A stretch of DNA of 64,000 bases from Chloroflexota bacterium (lineage in GTDB: Bacteria; Chloroflexota; UBA11872; VXOZ01). Below, in pieces: positions 50,604-61,807 of this stretch (the first letter of the stretch is position 1; the number at the start of each line of letters is the position of its first letter). Below the pieces are notes generated by a model. That model saw only the letters and a list, made by a program, of their open reading frames with translations. It searched no databases and had not been told where the DNA came from. Location of the stretch: contig CAXXVD010000002.1 of assembly GCA_963662335.2 (NCBI GenBank), positions 384,001 through 448,000 on the forward strand, given 5' to 3'. The position numbers were made by a program, and so were the translations under genes.

Positions 50604-51761
50604 ATGCGAATTGGCATTGACTTCACGGCGGCGGCGCAGCCGGCCGGCATCGGCCGCTACACGCGCTCGCTGGTGGGCGCGCTGGCGGCGCAGGCGCCAT
50701 CCGACCAGTTTATACTCCTGGCGCCCCGGCAAACCGCGCACGCCCTGGCATCGCCGCGGACGCCGCCGCGCCTCCTGGCGCAGCCAAACGTTACTCTGAG
50801 ACCGTTACCGCTATCGGAGCGTACGCTGACCCGCCTCTGGCACCGCTTGCGGCTGCCGCTCTTTGCCGACATGCTCGCGGGCGGCGTCGACGTCTTCTAC
50901 GCGCCGGACTTTGCCCTGCCGCCGCTGTGGCGCGCGCCGGGCGTGATCACCATCCACGACCTCTCGTACCGCTTCTTTCCGGAATCCTACCCGGCGTCCT
51001 TGCGCGGATACCTGGAGCGCGTGGTACCGCGCAGCGCGGCCCGCGCGCGGTTGATCCTGGCGGACTCCGCGTCCACGCGGCAGGACCTGGTGGCAACGTA
51101 TCAGGTAGACCCGGCCAGAATCAGCGTTTTGCACGGCGGCGTAGATCCGGCCTTTCGCTCCGTAGAGGCGGCTGGCGCACGGGCGGCGGTATTGCGGCGC
51201 TACGGCATCACGTACCCGTACTTCCTCTCGGTGGGGACGATACAACCGCGCAAGAACATCGCCCGCGTCATCGCGGCCATGCGCGCCGTGGTTGCCGCTA
51301 ACCTGCCGCAGCAACTGGTGCACGTGGGACGCCCGGGCTGGCTCTACGAGCGGATCTTTGCCGCGCCGCACGAGCACGACGTTGCCGCGCGGGTGCGCTT
51401 CTTGACCAATGTCGATTCCGACGACGACTTGGCGGCGCTCTACAGCGGCGCGACCGCCTTCGTCTTCCCCAGCCTGTACGAAGGGTTTGGGCTGCCCGTG
51501 CTGGAGGCCATGGCCTGCGAAACACCGGTGATTACGGGAAACACGTCATCATTGCCGGAAGTGGCGGGCGACGCGGCAATCCTGGTTGACCCGACGAATA
51601 CAACCGCCATTGGCGAGGCGCTGGTAACGCTGGCGAGCGATGAGAACGTACGGACTCAGTTCATCGGCGCGGGCAGAGAACGCGCCGCTGCGTTTACGTG
51701 GGAGCGGGCGGCGGGGGAACTGCGCGCGCACCTGGCGCGGGTGGCCCGGGGCGAACGCTGA
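50604..51761 (+). CDS. GT4 glycosyltransferase
   Basis: [32 protein letters not shown]. Confidence 0.93.
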   Translation: MRIGIDFTAAAQPAGIGRYTRSLVGALAAQAPSDQFILLAPRQTAHALASPRTPPRLLAQPNVTLRPLPLSERTLTRLWHRLRLPLFADMLAGGVDVFYAPDFALPPLWRAPGVITIHDLSYRFFPESYPASLRGYLERVVPRSAARARLILADSASTRQDLVATYQVDPARISVLHGGVDPAFRSVEAAGARAAVLRRYGITYPYFLSVGTIQPRKNIARVIAAMRAVVAANLPQQLVHVGRPGWLYERIFAAPHEHDVAARVRFLTNVDSDDDLAALYSGATAFVFPSLYEGFGLPVLEAMACETPVITGNTSSLPEVAGDAAILVDPTNTTAIGEALVTLASDENVRTQFIGAGRERAAAFTWERAAGELRAHLARVARGER

Positions 51762-52190
51762 ACGCGCCGGCCGCCGCCATGCTCGGCTACGGCGCGGCCT
51801 CTCCCGGCAGGGCAAGGGGCGGGCTGAAGGCCGAGAAGGGCGCACCCATCTGCTATACTGTGCCAAAGCCAATGGACTTCCGTGCGGGTCATTATCATGG
51901 AATCAGCGACACTAACTCCGTCATTCCCGCGAAAGCGGGAATCCATCTTTGCGGGCCTCCCGATAGATTCCCGCTTTCGCGGGAATGACGGAGCGTGCTC
52001 GCGGGAATGACGGAGCGTGTTCGCGCTATTGACGGACAGAGAACTCGCCGTCATTTTCACTCCCTTGTGTGGTCGTTGCCTGGCCATGGTGATTACTTTG
52101 AAACAGCGCGACCAAGCCGTTCGCCTCCGCATCGAGTGTGGGGCAGCCAATTCCTCGCCGAGAGGCCACTGAGGAGAAAACCGCACCGTC

Positions 52191-53918
52191 ATGAGCAGTG
52201 CTGGCATTAGGCGTTGGTGCGCCCGGCTGTTGCTGGCGTTGTGCGTATTCGCGCTGGTTCCGGCGCCGTTGCTGGCGGATGCGCGACCGGCGCCGCCGGC
52301 GAATGCCGAAGCGCGCGGCGCCATGCTTCGCTACTACGAGCAGATGGGGGGTGAAGCGGTCCTGGGCGCGCCGCTGACCGGCGAGTTGCGGGAAGACGGC
52401 CTGATCGTGCAGTACTTCGAAAACGCGCGATTGGAGTGGTGGCCGCAGCGCAAGCAGGTGCGGCTAAGTCCGTTGGGCCGGCTGCTGTATCCGCACTGGC
52501 GCTTCTTCGGCACGGAAGAAGCGGTGGCGCAGACCTCGGCGCAGCGTCATTTTCCCGAGACCGGGCATACGGTGCGCCATGCGTTCCTCCGTTTCTTCCT
52601 GGCGCACGGCGGCGCGCGGACGTTTGGATTGCCGATTTCCGGCGAGTTGCCGGCCGACGACGAATGGCGCCATCCGGTGCAGTACTTCGAGCGGGCGGTC
52701 TTGCGCTACGATCCGGCCAAGGCCGGCACGCCCGCGGCGGTGCGCCTGGCCCCGCTGGGCCGGGCGTTTTTGGCGTTGCGCGGCGGGGCGCGGCCGGGCG
52801 CGGTTCAGCCCGCCCCGACTCGTCGCACTGCCGGGCCAAAGCTCTTCACGCAAGTCGCGCTCTTCTACAACCCTAAGCTCGACTATACCCTCTCATTGGC
52901 AAAGGCCGCCGGGTTTACGGGCATAAAGCATCAGATACCGTGGAAGGCAATCGAGATCGCTCCCGGCAGGTATACGTGGGGGCAGGTGGACATTATCGTC
53001 GAGGCGGCGAGGCGACACGGGTTGGAGGTGATGCTGAGCGTCTACGCGGCGCCCATTTGGTTGCGCCGGGTAGCGCCCACCGGCGACCGGATCGACGCGC
53101 CGGACGCCGGCCCAACAGGATCGATTCAGGAGTGGTGGGAGCAATTCAAAGGGAACCATAACGGTCCGCCGGCGAACTTTGCCGACTACGGGGCCTTCAT
53201 GGAGCTGATCGCCCGTCGCTACGGCGACAACGTGCAGGCCTACGAGCTATGGAATGAGCCAAACTTAGCCGGCAATTGGGACGGCAAGGTAGCGCCGGGG
53301 GAATTCGTCGAGCTTATTGCCATCGGCTACCGCGGCGTGAAACGCGGCAATCCTAACGCTATCGTCATCGCCGGCGGCCTGGCGCCCACCGGCGTCAACC
53401 TCGAAGGAGTCGCCATGGATGACGTGCGCTACCTCGAGGCGATGTACCAATACCGCAATGGGATGATTCGCGATTACTTCGACGCGCTCGGCGTGCACTC
53501 TTATGGCTACAACAATGCGCCGAACGACACACCGGACAACTACACGACCGCGAGTACCACGTACAAGGAGCACTGGTCGTTCTTCTTCCGCCGCTTCGAG
53601 CAGCACTGGGCAGTTCTCCAGAGATACGGCGATACTGAGAAGACGATCTGGATGACGGAGATGGGCTGGACGACGCGCAATCTCCACCCGGAGTTTGCCT
53701 TTGGGGCTGATGTTTCCGAAGAGGATCAAGCGCGATTTCTCGTCGAGTCCTATCAACTGGTCAAGGAACGGTATCGGTACGTCAGCGGCTTAGTGGTGTT
53801 CAACTTGAACTTTGCGAATCACGTCGTGCCAATGGACAGCGCATACTCCTTTTCCATCCTGGATAAGGACCTCCGGCCGCGCCCGGCGTACCTGGCCCTG
53901 CAAGCCCTCGAGAAGTAG
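52191..53918 (+). CDS. secreted clan GH-A glycoside hydrolase (GH5/GH39-like) with LGFP-like repeats
   Basis: Signal peptide; GG...(L/F)G.P...VQYFE.A repeats; WNEPN acid/base and TEMGW nucleophile. Confidence 0.87.
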   Translation: MSSAGIRRWCARLLLALCVFALVPAPLLADARPAPPANAEARGAMLRYYEQMGGEAVLGAPLTGELREDGLIVQYFENARLEWWPQRKQVRLSPLGRLLYPHWRFFGTEEAVAQTSAQRHFPETGHTVRHAFLRFFLAHGGARTFGLPISGELPADDEWRHPVQYFERAVLRYDPAKAGTPAAVRLAPLGRAFLALRGGARPGAVQPAPTRRTAGPKLFTQVALFYNPKLDYTLSLAKAAGFTGIKHQIPWKAIEIAPGRYTWGQVDIIVEAARRHGLEVMLSVYAAPIWLRRVAPTGDRIDAPDAGPTGSIQEWWEQFKGNHNGPPANFADYGAFMELIARRYGDNVQAYELWNEPNLAGNWDGKVAPGEFVELIAIGYRGVKRGNPNAIVIAGGLAPTGVNLEGVAMDDVRYLEAMYQYRNGMIRDYFDALGVHSYGYNNAPNDTPDNYTTASTTYKEHWSFFFRRFEQHWAVLQRYGDTEKTIWMTEMGWTTRNLHPEFAFGADVSEEDQARFLVESYQLVKERYRYVSGLVVFNLNFANHVVPMDSAYSFSILDKDLRPRPAYLALQALEK

Positions 53919-53929
53919 CCTGCGCGCCT

Positions 53930-55087
53930 ATGGAAGTCGCCATCAACGGGTATTTCCTCAACGTGCACCACACCGGCAGCGGGCAGTACGCGTACCACCT
54001 GCTGCGGGCGCTGGCGAAGCACAGCCCGGACCTCGCGCTCTCGGTGCGGGTGCCGTACTTCACGCGCAACACCATGCGTCCGGTGGGCGGCATCGGCGCG
54101 CGCGCGCCGCTGTGGGGCGCATTGGGCGGCGGCAATCTTGCGAAGCTGTGGTGGGAGCAGGCCACGTGGCCGCGGCTGGCTGCCGCGTTGGGCACGGATG
54201 CGGTGGGACACGTGCCCTACTTCGCGCCGCCGCTCTTTCATCCGTTTCCGCTGGTGGCGACGATTCACGACCTGATCCCGGTGGTGCTGCCGGCCTACCG
54301 GGGCAATCCGCTGGTGCGGCTCTATACCAGCCTGGCCATGGCGGCGGCGGGCAAGGCGGACGCGATCATTACCGATTCCGTGGCCGCCAGGCGTGACGTC
54401 ATCGCGCATCTGGACGTGCGCGCCGAGGACGTGCACGTGGCGCATCTGGCGGCTGACGCGCGCTTCCGGCCGGACATCCCGCCGGCGGACGTCACGGCCG
54501 CGCGCCAGCGCTACGCCTTGCCGGAGCGGTTTTTGTTCTACCTCGGCGGCCTGGACGCGCGCAAGAACCTGGGCGCGCTGTTCCGGGCGTTGGCTCTGTT
54601 GCCGGCAGAGGTGACGCTGGTGGTGGCCGGCCGCGCGCGCCACGGCAAAGCGGCGCTCTTTCCCGATTGGGTGCGCCAGGCGACCGAGATGGGAGTTGGC
54701 GAACGGGTGCGCTTCCTGGGCGGGGTGCCGGAGGCGGACAAACCGCTGCTGTACCGCGCCGCGACCGCGTTCGTGTTCCCCTCGCGCTATGAGGGCTTTG
54801 GCCTGGATCCCCTGGAAGCCATGGCCTGCGGCACGCCGGTGGTGTGCAGCGACGCCGCGTCCCTGCCGGAGGTGGTAGGAGACGGCGGCATCCTGGCCGC
54901 GCCCGACGATGCGCGCGCGTGGGCAGACGCAATCGGCCGCCTCTGGGAGTCCCCGCCGGCGCGAAGCGAGTATGGCGAACGGGCGCTGGCGCAGGCGGGA
55001 AAATTCTCGTGGGAGCGCACGGCGGCGGCAACGGCGGCAATCTACAAGAAAGTCCGTCATTCCTGTAAGTGTCAGGTAATTCGTTGA
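53930..55087 (+). CDS. GT4 glycosyltransferase (last codons contributed by the IS end)
   Basis: TGSG.Y, TIHDL, D.RKN, PSRYEGFGL.PLEAMA. Confidence 0.92.
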   Translation: MEVAINGYFLNVHHTGSGQYAYHLLRALAKHSPDLALSVRVPYFTRNTMRPVGGIGARAPLWGALGGGNLAKLWWEQATWPRLAAALGTDAVGHVPYFAPPLFHPFPLVATIHDLIPVVLPAYRGNPLVRLYTSLAMAAAGKADAIITDSVAARRDVIAHLDVRAEDVHVAHLAADARFRPDIPPADVTAARQRYALPERFLFYLGGLDARKNLGALFRALALLPAEVTLVVAGRARHGKAALFPDWVRQATEMGVGERVRFLGGVPEADKPLLYRAATAFVFPSRYEGFGLDPLEAMACGTPVVCSDAASLPEVVGDGGILAAPDDARAWADAIGRLWESPPARSEYGERALAQAGKFSWERTAAATAAIYKKVRHSCKCQVIR

Positions 55088-56093
55088 CAGATCTGGTAGA
55101 ACTAGTGCGAGTGTCAATCACCAGATTTGGAAGCAACGAATGCGAGACAGTCGGAGTGACAAGAACATTGAGCGGAACCTGGAGCAGAAGTGTCGCTTGG
55201 CCTTGATCAACGAGTACGAATTGATCAAGGCCAAGCGGCACCCCCGGTTCCGCTTCGTGCAGGGCTTCTATGCGTTCCACGGTACCACCCGGCAGACCTT
55301 TGTCAAGTACTATAACTGCTTTTGCTAGACGCGGAGCGCTGACCCTCTGCTGCCGCGCAAGCGGGGTCCCAAGTGGAAGACCCGGCGTACGCCGCGCTTC
55401 ATCGAGCAGAACGTGTTGGAACAGCGCCGCCAGGATATCGACCGCTATGAGATCTATGCTATACTGGAGCCGGTGCTCAAAGACCATACGCTGTCTGCAA
55501 TCTATGCCATTTGCAGGTACCATGGGCTGAATCGCCTGAAGCCGGCCATGAAGCAAGCCAAACGCACCATCATCAAGGCCCGCGCGGGCGAACTGGGGCA
55601 CTTGGACTGCCACTACCTCAGCCGCGACCTGGTCTTGGGCCGCAACGAGCGCTACTACTTGGTCTGCGGCTGGACGCCTGCACACGCCTGACCTAAGAGC
55701 CTGAGTGTGATGTTTCCGCGGTCAAGAGCATCAACCTGCTCAATGTCGAGTACGGCATCCAGTTTGAGTCCCTGCTCACCGACAACGGCGCCGAAGTGGC
55801 GGCGCGCACCAAGCCGGCGCAACACCCGTTTGAGCGCATGCTGTTGGAACTCGGCATCCGCCACCGCTACACCCGACCCTACCGGCCCCAAACCACGGCA
55901 AGGTGGAACGCTTCTGGCGCACGCTCAACGATGACCTGATCGAGGGCACGATGTTCGCGAACCTGGAGGAGTTCAAGGATGAACTGATTAGTACCTCCTC
56001 TATTACAATACGGCTCGACCCCACCAGGCATTGAAGGGAAATACGCCTCTTCAGACTCTGCAGAATCTGTCAACGAAATAGTCGACACTTTCA
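55064..56093 (+). mobile_element. degenerate IS481-family insertion sequence
   Basis: 29-bp terminal IRs with 24/29 matches (55064-55092 and 56065-56093) starting TGT/TGA; flanks ATTCC / ATTAC; transposase fragments GELGHLDCH, LTDNG.E, GKVERF.RT. Confidence 0.85.
55140..56064 (+). pseudogene. IS481-family DDE transposase pseudogene
   Basis: In-frame TAG at 55326-55328 and several frameshifts; rve-type motifs spread across frames. Confidence 0.85.
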
Positions 56094-56139
56094 ATTACCG
56101 CACAGGGGGGAATCCATCTTGAACCAGGCAGGCAGGCTC

Positions 56140-57294
56140 ATGCGCGTGCTCTACATCTCCAAGGCGCTGGTGTTTGGGCAGTACCAACGCAAGCTGGAGG
56201 AGATTGCCAAGCACCCGGACGTTGCCCTCCGGGCGATCGCGCCGGAACACTGGCGCGAAGGCGAACACCGCGAGCGCCTGCAGCGCCGCTACACGGCGGG
56301 TTACGAATTGGTAGTTGAACCGGTGCGCTTCAACGGCCACTATCACCTGCACTACTTCGCCAACTTGCGGCGGCACATGCTGGACTGGCGGCCCGACGTG
56401 GTGCACATGAATGGAGAGGCGTTTAACTTCGCCACCGCGCACGCGATCTGGCACGCCCGGCGCGCAGGCGCCAAGGCAGTCTTCGTCGCGTGGCAGAATA
56501 ACTACCGGGTCTATCCGCCTCCGTTCTATTTCATCGAACTCTATAGCATGCTCAAGTCGACCGCGGCGCAGGCGGGCTCGCGGCAGGCGCAGGAGGTGCT
56601 GCGCCGCAAACGCTATTCTCATCCTTCGGTGGTTTTCACCCAGCACAGCGTGGATGCTGCGCTTTTTGCCCCAGCGGCCAAACCGCAGGCGGGGGGCGAA
56701 GTCTTTCGCATCGGCTACGTGGGCCGGTTGGTAGCGGCGAAAGGGATTAACGTGTTGCTCAGCGCCGTTGCTCGTCTTGATTTTCCCTGGCGGGTCCAAT
56801 TATTCGGGACCGGCCCGGAGGAACCGGCGCTCCGCTCCCAGGCTCAAGACCTTGGCATTCAAGACCTGGTTGAGTTTCACGGCCACTTGGATATCGGCTC
56901 GATGCCGGAACGCTACCGGGACATGGACGTCTGCGCGCTGCCTTCGCTGACCACGCCGCGCTGGAAAGAGCAGTTTGGACGCGTGCTAATAGAGGCCATG
57001 GCGTGTGGAGTGCCGATAGTAGGCTCGGACTCAGGTGAGATTCCCAATACGCTAGGCGGTGCCGGCGAAGACCGGGGCGGATTGACGTTCCCGGAGGGGG
57101 ACGCGGCGGCATTGGCGAAGAGGCTGGACACGCTTTACCGGGAGCCGGCGCTGCGCCGCCAACTGGGAGCGCAGGGGCGGCAACGGGTGCTGCGAGAGTT
57201 CAGCCACGAACGCATTGCCGCCAAGACGGTGCTCATGTACCGCCAACTGACGTACGGCCCGGGACACGGCGCGGAAAGGCAAGGAACCGCCTGA
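56140..57294 (+). CDS. GT4 glycosyltransferase
   Basis: GYVGRL...KG, PS.T...WKEQFGRVLIEAMACG. Confidence 0.92.
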   Translation: MRVLYISKALVFGQYQRKLEEIAKHPDVALRAIAPEHWREGEHRERLQRRYTAGYELVVEPVRFNGHYHLHYFANLRRHMLDWRPDVVHMNGEAFNFATAHAIWHARRAGAKAVFVAWQNNYRVYPPPFYFIELYSMLKSTAAQAGSRQAQEVLRRKRYSHPSVVFTQHSVDAALFAPAAKPQAGGEVFRIGYVGRLVAAKGINVLLSAVARLDFPWRVQLFGTGPEEPALRSQAQDLGIQDLVEFHGHLDIGSMPERYRDMDVCALPSLTTPRWKEQFGRVLIEAMACGVPIVGSDSGEIPNTLGGAGEDRGGLTFPEGDAAALAKRLDTLYREPALRRQLGAQGRQRVLREFSHERIAAKTVLMYRQLTYGPGHGAERQGTA

Positions 57295-57579
57295 AGAGGC
57301 ACGAGCCGCCATCGCGACGGCCGGCGCCGCTGTGCGCCAGCGAAAATGACGGCCAGGCGCTGCTGAGCGCACTCTCTGCGTTGTTGGGACAGCGGTAGGG
57401 GCACGGCATGTCGTGCCCCTACCGCCTTTTGACAAGCCGGATAGAGACGTTTCTGCAATGTGCCCTGCCACATTTGTGCGGCAGCTTTGGAGACAAGCCC
57501 CCGCGCTATGGTTTGTCGCTCCCGCGAAGGCGGGAATGCGTTTTCAACATTGGCGAGTGCCGAGGCGAGGGACGAGCCC

Positions 57580-58637
57580 CAATGCTGTCGCATTGACCGC
57601 TGAGGCGGAGTTCGCGCGGCAAGCAGACGACAAGGACCCGCAACCAGCAGACGTGTGTGATGCTGCGTGGGTGGTGTTCTTCCAAAAGTTGTGCGAGCAC
57701 GGCCACGATGCTGGCGATCGCTAACGTGAGGTGGACGGCGGCGCGGCTGTGGCCGAAGGGGCGGATTGCCCCCAATACATGCTTCAGCCAGCGAAAGAAC
57801 AACTCGATCTGCCAGCGCTTGCGGTAGAGCCGCACTACGTCTGCGGCGCTCAGGTCGTGGCGGTCGGTGATGAAGGCGCGTTTTCCACTTCGCCGTGCGG
57901 CTGACCACGAGGCGCATCTCCGGTAAGACCGCGCCGTTGTGGTTGTGGGCGCTGCCCAGCACGATCACCGCATCCTGCACCACCACGTCTCCTTCCGGCG
58001 TGCGCTCTCCCGTCAGCGTACGCGCACGCACCACCCGGTAGGCGGCCTGCGGGTGCAGCCGCGTCACGAAATGCACACCGGCTGTCCGCATCTGCGCAAA
58101 GACCCGGTGCGCGTAGTAGCCCAAGTCCAGCAAGACCGTCCAGCCGCGCCACGGCGTCAGTTCCCAGCCCTTGAACGCCGTCACGTCATTCACGTTCGCC
58201 AGCGTCACCTGCAATTGCCTTGGCGCCTGCATCCCCACGGCATACGCCATCTGCAGCCGTACCCCCGCCTCATGCCCTTTGTGCACGCTCCACGGACTGC
58301 ACGCCGCGCTCAACGCCAGAAAACTCCCGTCCACCGCCACCACCCGCCGCAACTGCGCCGACCCCTGCGCTGCCACCTGCCGCGCCACCACCGCCCACGC
58401 TGCGTCAAAAACACGCCACGTGAGCGAGCAGCATCCCCACATGCGCTTGCACCAAAAAGTGCTTGCGATACCGACCCACCCCCGCTACCTGCGCTGCTGC
58501 CGTCAGCGCCGGCTCCAACACCCGCCACAACCGCCCCAGTCTTGCAGTCTGTGCTACCATTACCCAGGGCTCCTTTGTAAGATGTATGGTGTTTCCTCTT
58601 ACCAAAGTAGCCCTTTCACTTTAATCCGACAACATTG
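57580..58637 (-). mobile_element. degenerate IS4-family insertion sequence with frameshifted transposase
   Basis: 17-bp IRs CAATGCTGTCGCATTGA / CAATGTTGTCGGATTAA (14/17); 12-bp TSD (A/G)GGGACGAGCCC; ATG at 58560 with AAGGAG; VDGS, DLGY, YRKRWQIELFFRWLK in different frames. Confidence 0.88.
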
Positions 58638-58916
58638 GGGGACGAGCCCCCGCGCTATGGTTCGTCATTCCCGCGCACGCGGGAATCCAGCACGTGTTGA
58701 GGCCGAGTACGATGTGCCGCGCCGCGCCCCAGATTCCTACGCTGCCCCTCAGTTCCCTTGCTGCGCTCGGCATGACGTGAAGTGCTTGGCGCATGGTTTC
58801 ACGCCAGGTTAGGTGCCTTAGCTTGACGCTCATGGACAGAGTGGCTAACCTACACACGTAGGCTGCACGCGCGTGCGGCCGGAGTGGTGACGTACTCCAT
58901 AAGAGGAGGTACAGAG

Positions 58917-60350
58917 ATGGACAAGGCGCGAGAGAGCAGACTGCATAGCGTCTCCCGGCGCGCGTTCCTGGGGGGAGCGACGCTGGCGGGCGCGGGTGTG
59001 ATGCTGGCGGCGTGCGGCATGCAGGCCGGCCCGGCCGATGACGCCGGGGAGACCCAGCAGGCGGACGCGCCGGCGCAGGAAGAGTCCAAGGCCCCGGCCG
59101 CTGAAGGCGCGGCTGAGGTCCTCCTCTGGCAGTGGGGTTCCACGTACGTGCCCGGCTTCGACGTGCTGGTGGACGAGTACAACGAGATGCAGGATGAAGT
59201 CGCCCTGACGGTTGAGAATCCGTCCGGCTACTGGGACAAGTTGCTGGCGGGGCTGGCAGCGCAGACCGGCCCGGACATCTTCCTGATGAACGGCGTGAAC
59301 ATCAAGTCGTGGATTACGGGCGGCCGCGTAGCCGCGGACCTGTCGCAGTACGTTTCCAGCGACAAGCAGGCCACCGACGACCTGGCGGCCGCGCTGCCGT
59401 CGTTCGTCGATTGGTACTCGACCGACGGCAAGGCGTCCGGCACGCCGTGGAATTACAGCACGAGCAATACCCAGTACGCCCTGGACCACGTGGTAGCCGG
59501 GGGCCTGACCCCGCCGGCCGAGCTTGGCGACGGGTGGGACTGGAACGCGTATCAAGAGTACGGGGAGAAGCTCACACAGCGTGAAGGCGAGAATATCACG
59601 CGCTTCGGCTCCGGGCACTTGCACGGCATCGAGACCGGCTGGGGCAACTTCATTCAGATGAGCGGCGGCAGCGTGCTGAGCGAGGACCGCGCGCGGTGTG
59701 TGATTGACTCGCCGGAGGCGGTTGAAGGCGTGCAGTTCTGCGTCGACATGATTCACAAACATAGAGTGGCGCCTACACCGGACGAATACGTGGCGTTGCG
59801 CGGCGAGAATCGGATACACCCCGCCTACTTCTTGACAGAGGGCTTGGTTTCGATCCACTCGGCCGGCGACTGGTACTTCAACCGCTACTTCGAAGTGCCT
59901 GATTTTCAGTGGGACGTGACCTTCCTGGCGAAGTCGCCGCGAACCGGGCAGACCGGCAACAACAGTAACTTCCGCGGCACGGTCATGAACGCGGCGACCG
60001 GCAACCCGGACGCGGCGTGGAAGTGGATGGCCCACTCGATCACGAAGCCGGTGCAAGATCGCGTAGTGGAACTCTTCAACGAGGTGCCGGGGCGGCTGGA
60101 CTCCGCGATTGAGTTCTACACCAACACAGAGACGGCGGGGCCGCCGCCGTCACGGGCTATGCTCGAGGAATCGCTGCGGGCGACCATTGCGCTGCCGACC
60201 CACGACGTGGTTACGTGGGTGCAGATGATCCGCGAGGGCATCAATCCCAGCATGAACCTGGTCTTCGCCAATGAAATCACGGTACCCGAGGGCTTGAAGC
60301 AGATCCAGGATACGTTGAACGCGATCATCGACGAGGCAGGCTCCGGGTAG
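58917..60350 (+). CDS. ABC transporter extracellular solute-binding lipoprotein (carbohydrate type) with Tat signal
   Basis: SRRAFLGG twin-arginine motif, LAAC lipobox, PDIF, W.W; no permease genes adjacent. Confidence 0.88.
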   Translation: MDKARESRLHSVSRRAFLGGATLAGAGVMLAACGMQAGPADDAGETQQADAPAQEESKAPAAEGAAEVLLWQWGSTYVPGFDVLVDEYNEMQDEVALTVENPSGYWDKLLAGLAAQTGPDIFLMNGVNIKSWITGGRVAADLSQYVSSDKQATDDLAAALPSFVDWYSTDGKASGTPWNYSTSNTQYALDHVVAGGLTPPAELGDGWDWNAYQEYGEKLTQREGENITRFGSGHLHGIETGWGNFIQMSGGSVLSEDRARCVIDSPEAVEGVQFCVDMIHKHRVAPTPDEYVALRGENRIHPAYFLTEGLVSIHSAGDWYFNRYFEVPDFQWDVTFLAKSPRTGQTGNNSNFRGTVMNAATGNPDAAWKWMAHSITKPVQDRVVELFNEVPGRLDSAIEFYTNTETAGPPPSRAMLEESLRATIALPTHDVVTWVQMIREGINPSMNLVFANEITVPEGLKQIQDTLNAIIDEAGSG

Positions 60351-60408
60351 AACCGGCGCGTGCGCTTGCGGCCGCTCGAGCGGCTGACAATCGCGGACAG
60401 CGGAGATA

Positions 60409-60454
60409 AGAGAGCGGGCGGAACGATTTTCGTTCCGCCCGCTCTCTTTGCTTT
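60409..60454 (+). terminator. intrinsic terminator between convergent genes
   Basis: ~18-bp perfect stem AGAGAGCGGGCGGAACGA/TCGTTCCGCCCGCTCTCT followed by a T-rich tail. Confidence 0.8.
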
Positions 60455-60498
60455 GCCGCTTGGCTTGCCGCGCGGCGATTACTGGACGCAGCCCCGTA

Positions 60499-61455
60499 TC
60501 AGGCCGGCTGGCGAATCAGCTTTTGCAGCGACCTGAGTTCGCGCGGCGGGTCGAGATTCCGGCCGTACTCGCTCCACGCGACTTCCGCCACGTAGATGTC
60601 GCCCTTTGAGTCCACGGCCAGGCTGTGGGGCGAGTAGAAGCGGCCCGGCTGGTCGCCGTACGCCTCCCGGCCCAGGCGCGCCAGCACGTTGCCGGCGGTG
60701 TCGAGGATAGAGACGCGCGGGCCGAGGTCCGTGCCCATGTTGTTTGAATCTATGCCGCCGAAGTACTCGCCGACGTATACCAGGTCCTCGCCGCGCGGGT
60801 CCGCCAGCACGCAGGCGGCCTTGGAGAGATTGGTCCACTGCGTCAGGTACGCGCCGTCCGCGGAAAAGATCTGCACCCGGTGGTTTTCGCGGTCGGCGAT
60901 GTAGACCCGCCCGGCGGCGTCCACCGAAATGTCGTGCACGATGTTGAAGTGCCCCGGCTCCGTGCCCGACGCGCCCCAGGAGTGCAGCAATTCGCCGTCC
61001 CCGGAGAACTTGTGCACGTGGGCGTTGCTGTAGCCGTCCGCCACGTAGAAGTCGTCCGTGCCGGGCGCGAAAGCGACCGTGGTCGGGCGGTTGAACGGCG
61101 TGCCGCTCATGGGCGGCGGCGGTTCGCCCGGCGTGCCCAGGGTCATGAGGAGTTCCCCCTCAGGCGTGAACTTGCGCACGGTGTGGTCGCCGCTGTCGAT
61201 GCAATAGACCGTGTCGTCCGGCCCTACCGCCACGCCGTGCGGTATGTCGAAGATACCGTGCCCCCACGTGCGCAGCACGTTCCCCGCCGAGTCGTAGACG
61301 AGCATGGGATGCGTGCCGCGGTTGAAGACGTAGACGTTGTCCTGGGAATCCACGGCCACCGACGTGGCTTCCTTGTAGTGCGCGCCGGCCGGCAGGTTGC
61401 CCCAGTTCGTCCCCGTTACGGTGTAGGTGAAATCTCCGTCGCCAAGTGTAACCAT
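60499..61455 (-). CDS. NHL-repeat beta-propeller, peptidyl-alpha-hydroxyglycine amidating lyase-like
   Basis: VAVDS.D.VYVFNRG, PHG, FN.PT, DGY.N, ADRENHRVQ.F, PH..AVDS.GD.YV. Confidence 0.88.
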   Translation of the reverse strand: MVTLGDGDFTYTVTGTNWGNLPAGAHYKEATSVAVDSQDNVYVFNRGTHPMLVYDSAGNVLRTWGHGIFDIPHGVAVGPDDTVYCIDSGDHTVRKFTPEGELLMTLGTPGEPPPPMSGTPFNRPTTVAFAPGTDDFYVADGYSNAHVHKFSGDGELLHSWGASGTEPGHFNIVHDISVDAAGRVYIADRENHRVQIFSADGAYLTQWTNLSKAACVLADPRGEDLVYVGEYFGGIDSNNMGTDLGPRVSILDTAGNVLARLGREAYGDQPGRFYSPHSLAVDSKGDIYVAEVAWSEYGRNLDPPRELRSLQKLIRQPA

Positions 61456-61807
61456 TTTTCCTATGTCTGCTCCTGTGTTCAACGATTCGCACAGTGTACC
61501 CGCTTGTAGCAGTGGCCTCACGCTACGGGCAGCAATCCCAGTGTAACCGTTTTCAAGCGGGAAGGCACTGGGGCTGTGCGGCGAGTAGGACTCCTTGATT
61601 GGTTGTCGGCGATTCTTAGCCGGTGTTTGCGTAGTCAGCAAGAACCGTTCGTGCTGAGCGTGTCGAAGTACGAACGGTTCTGGACGGAGGCGCTATCATC
61701 CGTTCACCCTTCGACACGCTCAGGGCGAACGGGGAAGGTGGGTGGCGTCTGTCGCGGTGGTTCACCCTTCGACAGGCTCAGGGCGAACGGAGTAACGTAA
61801 ACTGCGG

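Noticed and set aside
55326-55328. TAG read-through (pyrrolysine) in the transposase
   Set aside because: Additional frameshifts show ordinary decay
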